Assembly: GCF_006345805.1 (NCBI RefSeq)
Contig: NC_043007.1
Coordinates: 8,308,001 to 8,372,000, forward strand
Source of the DNA: Octopus sinensis
Taxonomy: Eukaryota
Length of the DNA stretch: 64,000 nt
Reading direction: 5' to 3'
A program made the translations under genes and the position numbers. Each line of letters opens with the position of its first letter. Position 1 is the stretch's first letter. Below the pieces are notes generated by a model. That model was given only the letters and a program-made list of their open reading frames with translations, searched no databases and was not told where the DNA came from. Below are positions 27,346 through 40,409 of this stretch, piece by piece.

Positions 27346-27715
27346 TGGCTGTGTGGTAAGAAACTTGCTTCTTAATCACATGGTTCCAGGTTCAGTCCCA
27401 CTGCGTGGCACCTTCAGCAAGAGTTTTCTATCATAACCTTGAGCTGACTAAAGCCTTGTGAGTGGATTTGGTAGACGGAAACTGAAAGAAGCCAGTCGTA
27501 TATATGTATATGTTTGTGTTTGTCTCCCCCTCCAACCATCGCTTGACAACCGATGTTGGTCTGTTTACGTCCCCGTAACCTACCAATTTGGTAAGAGACT
27601 GATAGAATAAGTACTAGGCTTACAAAGAATATGTCCTGGGGTCAATTTGTACTACTAAAGGTGGTGCTCCAGCATGGCCGCAGTCAAATGACTGAAACAA
27701 GTAAAAGAATAAAAG
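27346..27715 (+). mobile_element. SINE copy, same family as 3355
   Basis: Collinear similarity to 3355 and 5791. Confidence 0.8.
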
Positions 27716-28066
27716 ACTTGTTGTCGTGTGCGAAGGAGGTGGCGAAGGAGGTGGCGGTTCAGAGAGTGAAGTGCAAGGGTGACTCCATGACAGACGACAT
27801 CAGAATGGGTGGGGGGAGGGGGGGAAATCACTGTCAGCTGCTTCCAATCCATTCACTGACACTTGAGGAGAAAGGAATCATCAACAACAACAACTGAAAA
27901 ACTGTTGGGACAAACAGGAGTTTGTTCAGCTTCAATGAACAATTCATGAGTTTGATACTTTCTAAGTCAAGTAGCAACATCAGTGCCACAATCAACAAGA
28001 ACAACAGCATTGTCATCATCATCATCATCATTGCAAGGAGACACACACACGCAGTTGTGTGTTGAT

Positions 28067-28098
<32 letters not shown>

Positions 28099-31009
28099 TT
28101 TGAAAGAATGGATGCATCATTCCCATTTTTAGATTAGTAGCAGTTTTGGTCATTCACATCAGTCATTAGTCAGTATCATCTGATGTGATTCATGACTGAA
28201 TATGGTTCTTTCTTGTCCATCAGTAGCTTCTCCTCTGACTCTGAATGGGATTCTGTGACTGTCCAGCTCTCCCTTTTCTCTTCAGACTCGGTCCCTTTTA
28301 CAGAGGGGGGGGGGTGCTAAGCAGTGAAGCAAAGTAATGTAATGTTATTACCAGTTCAAATACGCTGTTTGGACTCATACAGTGATTGAAATAGCATCAG
28401 AGAAACGATCTCTTTTTCATTAGTTTGCATCCTCCTCCTGCCTAGTATCTGTGACTGAAGAGGAGATAATTACGTTGAAACGCTTGCCTCTCACTGTCTA
28501 CACAGGTGGCACTACAAACTGATATAAGTGTATTCACACCATTTGTCTGCAGCGGGAAATTGTTTTCAATGACAATACACAGTAAATGGCTTATTTGTGA
28601 GTCCAACTGTGTCGAGAGCAGAGTTGAGCTAGTAATAACATTACATCCAGTCTCTTTTATTGCGATCCAGAAACAAAAGTGATCAAACAGATCAGTGATG
28701 ATGTTATCACTTAAAAATCCAACACATGTTCACTGGCCAGATCGTTACTCATGTCATTTCTCAGTCACAAAGGTCTTCGGTTCGTTTATGGAATTTTTCA
28801 TAATTTGAAAACAAACAGTTTGGGTTCACATTCAAGCAGGGACCTGCTGCAGCTCTGTCCACCATCTCAATGGTATTGATACCAGTGGCTTTGTCGAGCA
28901 GAGATGACCAAAGTATTACTTAACAACAACAATAACCACAACAACAACAAGATATTTGAGTGCTTGATGTCATCCTCATCATCATTGTTTAACGTCCGTT
29001 TTCCATGCTGGCATGGGTTGGACGGTTCGACCGGGTTCTGGGAAGCAAGGAGGCTGCGCCAGGCTCCAGTCTGATCTGGCAGTGTTTCTACAGCTGGATG
29101 CCCTTCCTTACACCAACCATGCCGTGAGTGTAGTGGGTGCTTTTTATGTGCCACCGGCATGGGTATCTTAACTACAATTTCCATTTGATTTTTATTTTGA
29201 TGTTCGTGTTGACATACTTGACTCAATAGGTCTCCTCAAGCACAGAGGGTCACTCTACGACCCAAGGTTTGCACAGCATGCCGTCCTGCGAGCCATGAAC
29301 TCACTTCATTTGTCAGTCTTCGGAGTCACACCGTATCTCAGAGGTCTTGGTCTATCGTCATTTCCTGTATGAGGCCCAACGTGCCACCGGCAGGGGTATC
29401 ACAACTACAATATCCATTTGATATTTATTTTGATTAAAAATATGAAGCAATGAAATGAAGTAACAAATGTCAAGAGATTGTTCAAAGGAAAGATTAGAAA
29501 AATCTCTGAGAGTTCTAAATATTTTTGATAGCAAGATAATATTGATATAAAAGAAAGGAAGAAGCAACTTAGTAGTAGAAAGGGGTGACAGTTTTCTAAC
29601 AAAAGATTACAAAAGAAAATAAACTAAACCAGTGTGTCAGAAAACTTCCAGAATAAATCAACAACATATTTTGTTTTATCAGTTGTCTTTTTTTATCTTC
29701 ACCTTAATTATCTATTCATTTAGTGGTATTATTCCCACTACACACACACACAGATAGTGAGAGAGAGAGAGTGACATAGGGAGTGGGACACACACATGCA
29801 GCCATACACATGTCCACACATACACACATTCCCACTCCATCTACATACACATATCTACACTCTCACATCCACACTCATTCACACTGCCTCTCAAACACCC
29901 TACCACTGACCATCCCAACTACACACATACACAAAAACCATCACACCTGTTACCATAGCTGCTAACCTCTTCCTATGACATTAACAAAGATTACTCACAC
30001 ACACATACAAACAGTTTATATGCACACACACTTCCACACACACACAGATACCAACCTTTCTTTACACTCTCCTGTCTTAGAAAGCACTTTTTCTTTGTCC
30101 ATCTACTTCCTGTCATTCCCACATGTAACTACATGTGGATTGTAGGCGATTTTTTTCCCTGTCTTCTTTTTTTTTGGACTTTCCTCTGTCTTTTGTTTCT
30201 GAAGAAGAGCTTTGCTCGAAACATAAAACACCCTTTTCTTTCTTTCCCTGAGCATCTTATTAATATTTTGCATGTACCACGTCCTCATGTTGTTGTTTTC
30301 TCTTGTCTTTGTTTCTCCATTTTTTGAAATCATATATATACATATATATATATGTAATCCAAAGAAGGATACAATAAAAGAATTTGCCACATCTTCAATG
30401 ACCAGTCACAATTGTTTCTGTTTTCAATGTCAATTCATGCAGAAATTCCATGCGAAACGTGAAACTTTTGCATGAACTGATGACGAAAACAGAGTTGCTT
30501 CAGAAATAGTTGCAACTGCTCTTTGAGGATGGGATAAATTCTTTCTTTGTCTTCTTATTTAGATCTTAGTTTACTTTTCTCAAAACTCACACAATGATTT
30601 TACCGTTATGACACAGAACCATAGTCGTGGCCATTGCTAGTGTCGTGTAAATGGCATCTGTGCCAGTGGCACGCACAAAGCACTGATTACACTCTTGGAG
30701 TGGTTGGCATTAGGAAAGGCATCCAGCCATAGAAACCAGACTGGAACCTGGTGCAGCTCACTGGCTTACCAATTCCAGTCAAACTGTCTAACCCATGCTA
30801 GCATGGAAAGCAGACATTAAATGATGGTGAAGATGATGATGACACCTGGCCTTTATACACCTGAAGAATTTTGATCTTATTTAAGACTACAATCCAAGAG
30901 TGTAGTTAGCCTAAAGCTTGTGTTGAGTGCTACATTAGAAATATCCTATCTTTCTACCCTTCCAGGACCTTATATATATATTGTGAAAGATATAATATAA
31001 TGTATTTTT

Positions 31010-31258
31010 TGATGTTATTATTATTATTCAGGTGACTGCCTGGAATCTAACTCAGAATCTTGGGGTTTGTAGCCTGCGCTCTTAACCACTACGCCATATG
31101 GCCATGGGTTCGAAATTTCCCCAAGACACCTGATGAAAGCTGGAGGGTATATCAGCTTAAATGTTGTGTTAACAACAAACAAGATGAGGACAAATATCCG
31201 TCAAATATAAATAATATAATGTACGTAATTCCTCTCATCTCTTAAATATGGAACTATA
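31010..31258. mobile_element. Internally deleted copy of the palindromic tRNA-headed, hammerhead-like repeat
   Basis: A minus-orientation tRNA head (31030-31102) abuts a plus-orientation tail. The hammerhead-like segment 31125-31170 has GAAA changed to TAAA. Confidence 0.7.
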
Positions 31259-31747
31259 TTAATGAATATTAAAGTTTAAATTTGTGAAAGAACCCAATCA
31301 GGTTGTTAATTATATGAGGTATTATTAAAAAACTATATAAATTCTTTCTAACTTGATTGGTATCAGCACAGCATCAGACTAAGAGATTAAATTTAGTGTT
31401 ATCCTTTTGTAAACCTTGATAATAAAACCAGAAAAAAAAAACCCCAGAAAAAAATACTAAAAAAACTGTAATTCTAAAAATATATTCTTTCTATATTTGT
31501 TAATTTGAGGACTTAATCTTTTAACACTTGCAAAATAAAAACAATTATCAGTTGTAAATATCAGAACAGCTGTTAATTCCCTTTGGGTAAATATGTGTAT
31601 GTGTGTGTGTGTATATACCAATATACCTATGTTTGTATGTGTATCTGTAGGTTCTTTTGTGTGTGTATGAATGTATGTACGTATACCTACAGACATATAC
31701 ATATGGATATATGTACATATATATTTACACATATATGTATGTGTGTT

Positions 31748-31798
<51 letters not shown>

Positions 31799-31957
31799 GT
31801 ATATATATATATATATGTGTGTGTGTATATACACACATACATATATCTGTAATGTGTAATTGAGTATATTAGTGTGTGTGTGAGTTTGTGCATATCTTTA
31901 TATAGAAGTATATTTCAAATGTTCTCTCCAGAGAGGTTTGAGTTTTAGACCAGAACC

Positions 31958-32033
31958 ATGCATTCTTCCGTATTTCTTATTGCCATTGTTTGTCTGCCGC
32001 TGGTGCTGGCAACAATCCCATTTTCTGATTGTG
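31958..32033 (+). CDS. NPC2: NPC2/ML-domain protein exon 1 (signal peptide MHSSVFLIAIVCLPLVLA, then TIPFSDC)
   Basis: ATG in ACCATG context, hydrophobic leader, F-x-DCG motif, GTATGT donor in phase 1. Confidence 0.9.
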
Positions 32034-33424
32034 GTATGTTATTTTATATATTTCTTACAATTTCTTGAAGTGCAAGCAGTTGTTTATAGGCAGAGGTCAA
32101 AAGGTGTGGTTTATATACGCGCACGCGTGTGTGTGCACTGTAGCAGACAGATATCAACCATCTAGCATTCAGATTCCTATCATCATCATCATCATCATCC
32201 TAATGATCATTGTTTAACGTCTACTTTCAATGCTGGCATGGGTTGGATGGTTTGACATGGAACTGGTCAGCCAGAGAGCTGTCCAGACTGCGACCATCTG
32301 TTGTGGCAGGATTTCTACAGTTGGATCCCCTTCTTAACACCTCCATCAAATATAATCCTTAATCTTTATTTATAATCAATAATCTGTAATCTTTATTTAC
32401 ATTGCCTTGAATTAATCATGCAGCATCGCAAAGCTTTGAGATTTCTTTGTGATTGTTTATCTTTAGAATAACATTGTTGGGTAAGTGTGATAGGCTTGAT
32501 CTATTCTATTTGAACTTAAAACAAGTAGAATATTTGGCCCAGGTATATTTGGTTTAAATGCTAAAGAGATAAGGATCAGATGGGACCAGTAGAGTTGTTA
32601 CTGATGAGCCCTATGTCAATCCCGGTTGAGTAGACCAGTACTCCACAAGCTTTTTTCACTTGTGGTACACCTGTATTCTTTTCAAAATTTGGTGGAACAC
32701 CTGAATTAAAAATATAACCAGCAGTGAGAGGGAGGAATTTCTTTTCAATTAGGGATATTTTTTTAGTATTTATTTAGTTTTTTACCATTGTATAGCTACT
32801 GGTATGAGACATGAGTTCAAGAGTGGTGACTTCTTTTAGGACGGAGAAAATAATAAATATGCATAAATGACAGAGAAATGTCTGATGAAATTTAATTTAA
32901 CAAGAAAATTCTAATTCTACTGGATTACTTGAATTCATATATTGTGACTAAAATTTATATATGCACACACACGCACCTATACATACATATCTGATGGAAT
33001 TTCAGTTTGTCTGTGAAATCTATTCATAAAGTTTTGGTCAGTTCAGGGATTATAGAAGACATTTGCTTGAGGTGCAGTAAAAGTGAACTCAAAACCACAT
33101 ATTTGTAAAGCAAGTTTCTCAACCACACTCCCATACTTGCCCCTGCATACATCTCCCTTAGCAGATTGGCAATTAATTTTGTTCAACTAAGACTTCAAGA
33201 GTTCACTCCCTTGCCCTTATCAAAAGCAACTTTCATTATTGCTAATGACTTCTTCTCGTTATATGTATAATTCTAATTGATTAAAATTTATTCTCAATTC
33301 ACCAACGTACATATTACAGCCTGCACTTAACTCTATGTTAATGATGCAGAAGGTACCTTTGAGAAATTTCCAATGTTATTGTATATATGTTTCTTTTTAT
33401 CCTCTTCATCATTTTGCTTTGTAG

Positions 33425-33532
33425 GATCAAAAGTTGGTAAGATCAACTCCATTACACTAAATGATTGTCAAAAACTTCCATGTGTTGTAAAGAAAGGAAC
33501 ATTTGCCAACTTCACAGTCAATTTCACTCCCA
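33425..33532 (+). CDS. NPC2: NPC2 exon 2 (GSKVGKINSITLNDCQKLPCVVKKGTFANFTVNFTP)
   Basis: AG/GT boundaries, 108 bp, phases 1/1, C..PC.L/V.KG motif. Confidence 0.93.
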
Positions 33533-34993
33533 GTGAGTACGCAGCATTTTTCTTTCCATCAACCTTCATTGAAAGTCCCAAACCAAACTGTTGCTGTTAT
33601 TTCTACAAGCTTCTTATCCATGTATCATTGTTTTAATGTTATTTCTCCATGCTTGCATGGATCAGACCAAACTCCTTCAGCTGGAAGCCTCCCCTGCTTC
33701 CCTCCAAGTAAGATAGCATTTACTAATGGTCAGGCATGTCGTCATAGAAGATTAGAAATTAACGATACCATTTCTATGGGGATGCTCATTTACATCTATT
33801 GCACAATCTGAAGACAGTCACACATATATATATACACATGTGATGAGCTTCGTTCAGTTTCCTTCTATCAAATCCACTCATTAGGCTTCAGTTTGTCCCT
33901 TACTACAGATTAGGTGTGAATTTTAGGACCACAAACATGGGAGAGGAGTGTGTAAAAGGTATACCTGCGAGTTCAAATTTTATAAAGTAATTAATCAGGG
34001 ATCAATCACTGTTTTTAGTGATGGCCCACTTTGGATTTTTGAAAAAAAAAAATCTTTTATATAAAAATATTTTGATCCTTACTGTTTTCTTCATTGGCAA
34101 AGCTTATACAAGTGAAAATTAAACAAATCATGATAGAAAAGACTGTCTAGAAGTCATTACCTGCTTAATGGCCCACAAACGCATTCATCATTCTCACCAC
34201 TGTTTTCACATCCATTTTTCCATGATTCCATGGACCAGTTGGAATTTGCTGCAGCAGACTATACAGCTGGGTGCTCTTACTGCTGTCAACATTCACCTGT
34301 TTCCAAGCAAAGTATTATTTTCCCGTGAATACTGTATGTTAACCCCTACACACAGCATTCACAAATTAAGCTAACACCGTGGCAGACAGCGTAGTTTGCA
34401 TTTTTGAGCTTTTGCCAGATTGTCGTAAGTAATTAAATACTATCTGTTTTATGCATAAAATAACATAAATCAGAAATGAAATGACATACTAAAACTTTAT
34501 CTGTGAATTAAAGAAAAAAATAAACACATATTTCCTATTCTATTGATGTGGGGGGACAAAAAGTAATAAGGTGTCCTTGGACGGTTCCATGGTTTGCTGA
34601 AAGCTCCTTGGAGAAGGCATGGCCAGCTTCTTTCCCCAATGAATAGCATGGATCAACAGCTAACAAAGCAGTCAAATGTGTGAATTTCACACCTGATCTG
34701 TTTAATTTCTTAGAAATTAACCCGTCTATGGATGATGTCAGCTAACAAACGCTTACCTCAGGTATGGTTTTCGATCACAAGTAATGGATGAACATCCTGC
34801 CGTGAAGACATGGAGGTGACCTTGTGTTTGTTTATTGGACGACTACTTGAGACTCCGAACAAATAACACTATTGCAGTATAATGCAGAATGCTGTGTGAC
34901 TTTCACCAGAGAATGTAAAAATATAAAACAAAAGCTAGGTAGGCGGACTTACAATCGGTCAGCTGGAACCAACTGTGGTAAGTCAACGACAAC

Positions 34994-35050
<57 letters not shown>

Positions 35051-35759
35051 TAACAACATATATTTAATTATAGAAAAATAAACTTGCTGAGTCCATTGAT
35101 TGGCTGGGGGAGGTGGGGAAGTATATGTGAAATAATATCGACTTACAATATGCCTGAAAAAAAAAAATATAGATTGTTGGTCACAACTGGTTCACCTTTG
35201 ATCTTTGGTTTATTGCATAACTATTAACCTAAACATACCACAGCTAACACAATCACTAACCAATACCATTATCCAAAAGTAATGAATATTATTTAGGAAG
35301 GAAGAAGAATCTACCAGCTGAAAGATGCTTCTTTCATTTCCTTTTTTTATTTAATAATTCCAATATAGATTATTTTTTAAAAATAATAATAATAAAACAA
35401 ATGAAATAATCTGCTGAAATTACTATAGCCAGTTTCAACACCCACAGACACACATGAGGTGTTTTTTTTTGTTTTAGAATCAAGAATGGGACACAAGTAT
35501 AAGATTTTGGTAAAAAAAAATGATTTTTTATAAAAAATTAAGAATTGGGTGCATGAAAGATTTTGGTAAAAAACAGAAAAAGATGTTTTTTTTAAATTTA
35601 AGAATGGGACAAATCTTCTGTAAACAGGTATGCTTCTTATAATTTGAAATTGTGACAGAAAGTAAAAGACATGATGGTCATAAGTAGAATGTCTTTGATT
35701 AGTGATGAAGAACAACTAAATTAAAAATAAAAAAAAAAATCTATTATTTTCTTATTCAG

Positions 35760-35938
35760 ACAAAGACATATCTGCAATCAAGATTGAAGTCTGGGGAAAA
35801 ATCTCCCCATTGCCTCCAGTTCCTTTTAATCCAGGCAGCCCAGATGGATGTAAAAATAGCAGTTTGAAGTGTCCTTTGAAGGCCAACACCCCTGTTTCAT
35901 TCAAAAATCACCTGGAAGTGAAAAAGATGTACCCTACA
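35760..35938 (+). CDS. NPC2: NPC2 exon 3 (NKDISAIKIEVWGKISPLPPVPFNPGSPDGCKNSSLKCPLK...KKMYPT)
   Basis: PVPF, DGC, CPL and YP motifs; ttcAG acceptor and GTAAGT donor. Confidence 0.93.
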
Positions 35939-36892
35939 GTAAGTTTGAAATGAATTACTTTGCAGATGGTTTATGAGAAATCGATTTTCGAAGGAATATG
36001 AAGAGGATGCCTCCCTCTCCTCTTACGCCTGGAGAACTCTGCTTATGTAAAAGTATCATTGCACAATAAGCATAAGCAGTACTGTGTGGTGGCAGAGTTT
36101 CAAACCCACTCCATGGTACTGCGTCTTCTATTATATCTCGGGGTCAACCAAAAAATCTTTTAAGTGAATTTCACAGATAGGGATCGACAGAAATTCATTG
36201 TATGTGCGTATAGGCATGCATCATTTCCCCTCTCCATTTGTCTTATTGTAAAAGAGTATCACTGTTATGCAAGCAGCAGCAGCATTTGTTTCTAATCTTG
36301 GAGACAGGTGGGAGTCGGCAGAAAGGATGAGCATCTTGCTGTAGAGAAATCTGCCCTCAACAAATTCTGTCTGATCTGCGTAAACATGGGAAAGTGGCCA
36401 TTAAAATAATGATTACATACACAAATATATCATCAGTTTAACGAATGTCTACTTTTCCATGCTTGCATAAATTGAGCAGAACTCTCTTCAGCCAGATTCT
36501 CTACGGCTGGATACCTTTACTGTCACCAACTCTCACCATTTCCAAGCAAGGTGATGTTTCTTCATGAACAGATGTTTTCACAGAAGATTGTAAATGAACG
36601 ACACTGCTTGTGCAACAGTGACACTCATTTACAACTACCACATAATGTCGAGGGAAAGAGGCAGTTACACACACATATGTATACAATGGGCTTCCTTCAG
36701 TTTCTGTCTACCAAATCCACTCACAAGACTTTTGGTTGGACTAGGGCTACAGTAGACACTTGCCCAAGATGCCAAGCAGCGGGACTAAACCTGAAACTAT
36801 GTGGTCAGGAGGTAAACTTTGTATTGTACACTCATAGGTGTGTGTGTGTGTGTGTGCGAGTGGGTGTTGAGGTATGTCTTCAAACTGACAGG

Positions 36893-37254
36893 CGGTGATC
36901 TGGCAGAAATGTTAGCATGCCGTGCGAAATGCATAGCCATATTTCGTCTGCTGTTACGTTCTGAGTTCAAATTCCGCCAAGGTCGACTTTGCCTTTCATC
37001 CTTTCGGGGTCAATTAAATAAGTACCAGTTACGCACTGGATTGATATAATCGACTTAATCTGTTTGTCTCCTCTGTGTTTAGCCCCTTGTGGATAGTAAA
37101 GAAATAGGTATTTCGTCTGACGCTATGTTCTGAGTTCAAATTCCACCGAGGTCGATTAAATAAGTACCAGTTACACACTGGGGTCGATATAATTGACCTA
37201 ATCCGTTTGTCTGTCCTCTCTGTGTTTAGCCCTTGTGGGTAGTAAAGAAATAGG
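36893..37254 (+). mobile_element. SINE with a tandemly duplicated 3' half and an 18-bp target-site duplication
   Basis: TGTCTTCAAACTGACAGG at 36875-36892 and 37255-37272. Confidence 0.8.
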
Positions 37255-38441
37255 TGTCTTCAAACTGACAGGTTTCAAATAATAGTGTTCACTTGATTCT
37301 CTCTGCAGACAATATTTCCTGTAGCTCAGTAGTTTTGTTGGTTTCACTTTGTGAAGACCAAATGAATAAAATTCTAAAAAAAAAAACAAGTGTAGGAAAC
37401 TGGAAGCGCATCTGACTGTATTGCCTCAATGTCTTGTCTAATCCATTTCAGCATGGAAAAGGTAGACTTAAAACCAATGATGGTCTTTCCACTGAAATCC
37501 ACAATCTGCTGAGCCAATGCTTAGTTCCAGTTTCCATAGCATTTAGCAGACATCAGCTTGGTAGAACTAAACTTCTCCCTGGCAGAATTAAACTGACCAC
37601 TGTAAGCCATTGAAACACACAGTCAACTTCATAGTGCTGCCACAGTGATGATACTATGAGAGGGTCACTAAGTGTTTGTTTGACCAGCAAGAAATACAGC
37701 CAAAAATCTTTCTCAACAACCAGCTCTCTTAGAAAAAGTATGATCCTTGATACACTGGATCCGAAAAAGAAAAGATGAAATTGTTACAGCTGGAATATCT
37801 TTTGACCACAAGCCTTCTTGACCAAAGCTGTCCTGGGCCTAAACCACAGCAATAACTTGATTCTACTCTGTGGTCCTAGTTTGCAATTAAGCAGGTTGGA
37901 TTAATTGAGAAGTAAAATTTCTTGGTCAAAACTTTAGCTCTGAGACTACGTGATGCCACAAACCTTTCATCTGGATGCCTGATATTTTAATGATGGTTAA
38001 CCCCACTCACTCCACATCATTATTTAGAATTTGGTTGGAATGAGCTAATTATGAGTGTAGTTATGGCATTATGGTGAAGAAATTCATTTCATGGTTATTT
38101 GCTTTTGAATTCATTCCTACAATTCAACACCTTGAGCAAGTGTCTTTTACCATAGCACTGTGAGTGAAATTTTGTACTTGGAAACTGTGAAAAGCCATTC
38201 TCTCATGATAAAGTAAACCCATCACCCAGTTTAATGTTGTAACCTGGTCTTCAGTGATCTTTAGCAAAGTTTCCAGTACAAGGATAACTTTGTATCACCA
38301 GCCTCATGCATCCAGTGTCGACGATGCTACAACAACCTCTTCTCGTGGCTAAACCCCAACAAACATTATTCTCTTTAAGTGCATTCTGTTGACTCCCAAT
38401 AAGTGACAACTTGTAAATATCTAAATATTTCTCCTTTCTAG

Positions 38442-38528
38442 GTTTCGGTCATCAACCGCTGGCAACTGACAAACGAGAAGAAAGAGAAGATCATTTGTTT
38501 TGACATCAGTCTAAGGATTGTCGATTAA
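38442..38528 (+). CDS. NPC2: NPC2 exon 4 (VSVINRWQLTNEKKEKIICFDISLRIVD*); full CDS 450 nt, 149 aa
   Basis: ttctAG acceptor, WQL and CF motifs, TAA stop. AATAAA signals near 38605 and 38625. Confidence 0.93.
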   Translation, partial: VSVINRWQLTNEKKEKIICFDISLRIVD

Positions 38529-39480
38529 TTTGGTTTTCTTTCATTTATATTTTGCTTCCACGCACAAAAGATCTGTTTTGTATTTTTTGTTTGTTTGAAT
38601 GGGAAATAAATCCATTTAAATACAAATAAATATTTCAAAATATTCTTCATAACATTTTCGAATTACTTTGCAGCAGTTTTTCTGGTTCTGCATGGGTTGA
38701 ATGTTGCTGTAAATTTTAAGTTTTTTGGATAAACTGGAGCATGAAACAGTATCTCATACAACAAACCAGCCTGCTTTATAAAGGGGAGCCTTTGCATTGT
38801 TGCTCAGCTTGGGTTAAAAGGTTAGAAATAGCAGCTAATTTCCATATATTGTCTGAAGGCATTCCTACCAGTTTAAAATAAAACGACCGAGTACACTCTG
38901 TAGAGTGGCCGGTATTAGGAAGGGCATCCAGTCATAGATAGCATGCCAGGTTCAGTCCCATGGTGTGGCAACCTGACCAAATGTCTACAATTATAGCCCC
39001 AGGCTGACCAAATCCCCGTAAGAGGACTTGGTAGATGGAAACTGAAAGAAGCCTGCTGAGTGAGTGTTTTGTCTCCTTGCTTTGACATTACTTGATGTTT
39101 GTTGAACAAGTGTAACCAACATGCAAGTTTTCAATCTTCCATGTCTGTGAATGGAGAAATATTGCCTGGCCTGGAAAGAGATGTGAGTTGGCGAAAGAAA
39201 GGGCAACTGGCTGTAAAAAAGAACTGCATCAACAAGATTCCATCCAATCCATGCATGCATGCATGGGAAAACAGACATTATGATGATGATGATGATGATG
39301 GAACCTGAAATACTTTCAACTCCTCTCAAAATTCCACAAGATTCTGAAGTAATATTAAAAAACACAACAAGAAATAAATATATAAATAAATAAATATGTA
39401 TTTGAAAAATATATTTTATCTTTTTTTTTGTTTTTGTCTTTTGAACTTCTTAATAGTCTTAATTAACAAGCCATGTTTAA

Positions 39481-39727
39481 TTAAGGTTCAGTTACAAACA
39501 TGTGTACTGGCTTAGGTGAGTGTATCATCAAAGAGCTTCTGTTGGTTCCAACCACGGCCGCCAGCCTTTGTACATCATACTTGCTGTAGAGGATACTCCC
39601 TGTTGCATCATCTTTTGGTAAGTTCTTAAGTTTCACATCATTTATCAGGTTACAAATTTCACTGAAGAAGTGCGGATACAATGGCAGTTCATAGAATATA
39701 ATGTGACGAATGCCTCGTAATCTTGTT
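39481..39727 (-). CDS. UTP25: UTP25/DIEXF terminal coding exon (RTRLRGIRHIIFYELPLYPHFFSEICN...LYSKYDVQRLAAVVG...HMFVTEP*)
   Basis: Matches the UTP25 C-terminus (FYELPxYPHFYSE, LYSKYDxxRLxxVVG). ttccAG acceptor and TAA stop. Confidence 0.93.
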
Positions 39728-40251
39728 CTGGAAAAAAGAGAGAAAATAATGTTTGTAATACAAGAGCCTCAATGATTTCTTGCATATATCTTCACCACCC
39801 ACCCACACCCACACCAAGGGTGGGAGGAAACAGAAACAAGTGACCCAGCACCAATGTATACCAAAGGGATTCTAAAAAAAATTCATTTCTATCAATGTTT
39901 TTTTTTGTTTTGCCCATTGAGCACGATCGTATCCCAGTTGAATCCCATTTCCGTTCCTGCTAAAAATTCTGTCTTTCCTAAGTTTATTTTGGAGTTTCTC
40001 GATTCTATGTTTAGTATTTCTTCACTAAATCAATGGATTTAGCTTGGAGAATTAGGCTATGGGCTTGGCTCCAGCCCCCCCCCCCCATGAAGAATGAAGA
40101 AGGGTGGTGGCAACCAATACCGGATGGACACCAGGTTGAAAGCCATGAGACCCAGTTAAAGACAGGGTATGAAGTTAAGGACATGACACCCAATAAAGTT
40201 TACAATACCAAGGTATAAAAAGGAGATTAAATGGAAAGAGAATGAAAATAC

Positions 40252-40350
40252 CTAAAATAGAAATGGTGCCTTTCTGTGTAAAGCAAAAAATTTGTTTTCC
40301 CAAGAAAGAACCGACTCCTTGTACCAGCAATATCTTTACGTTTGGAATAT
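40252..40350 (-). CDS. UTP25: UTP25 exon (EYSKRKDIAGTRSRFFLGKTNFLLYTERHHFYFR)
   Basis: LLYTERxHFY motif; phases 2/2 consistent with neighbours. Confidence 0.92.
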
Positions 40351-40409
40351 CTGGAAGAGAATAAATTATAATACATTACTGGAAGAGAATAAATTATAAT
40401 ACATTACTG
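40351..40409. repeat. Exact 28-bp tandem duplication containing the UTP25 3' splice site
   Basis: CTGGAAGAGAATAAATTATAATACATTA at 40351-40378 and 40379-40406. Confidence 0.95.

Noticed and set aside
31457-31893. Tyr/Ile/His-rich ORFs
   Set aside because: Translations of (TA)n/(TG)n microsatellites upstream of NPC2.
32595-32640. CTGATGAG motif as a snoRNA box or hammerhead core
   Set aside because: No matching GAAA or stem, and no terminal C/D stem was found.
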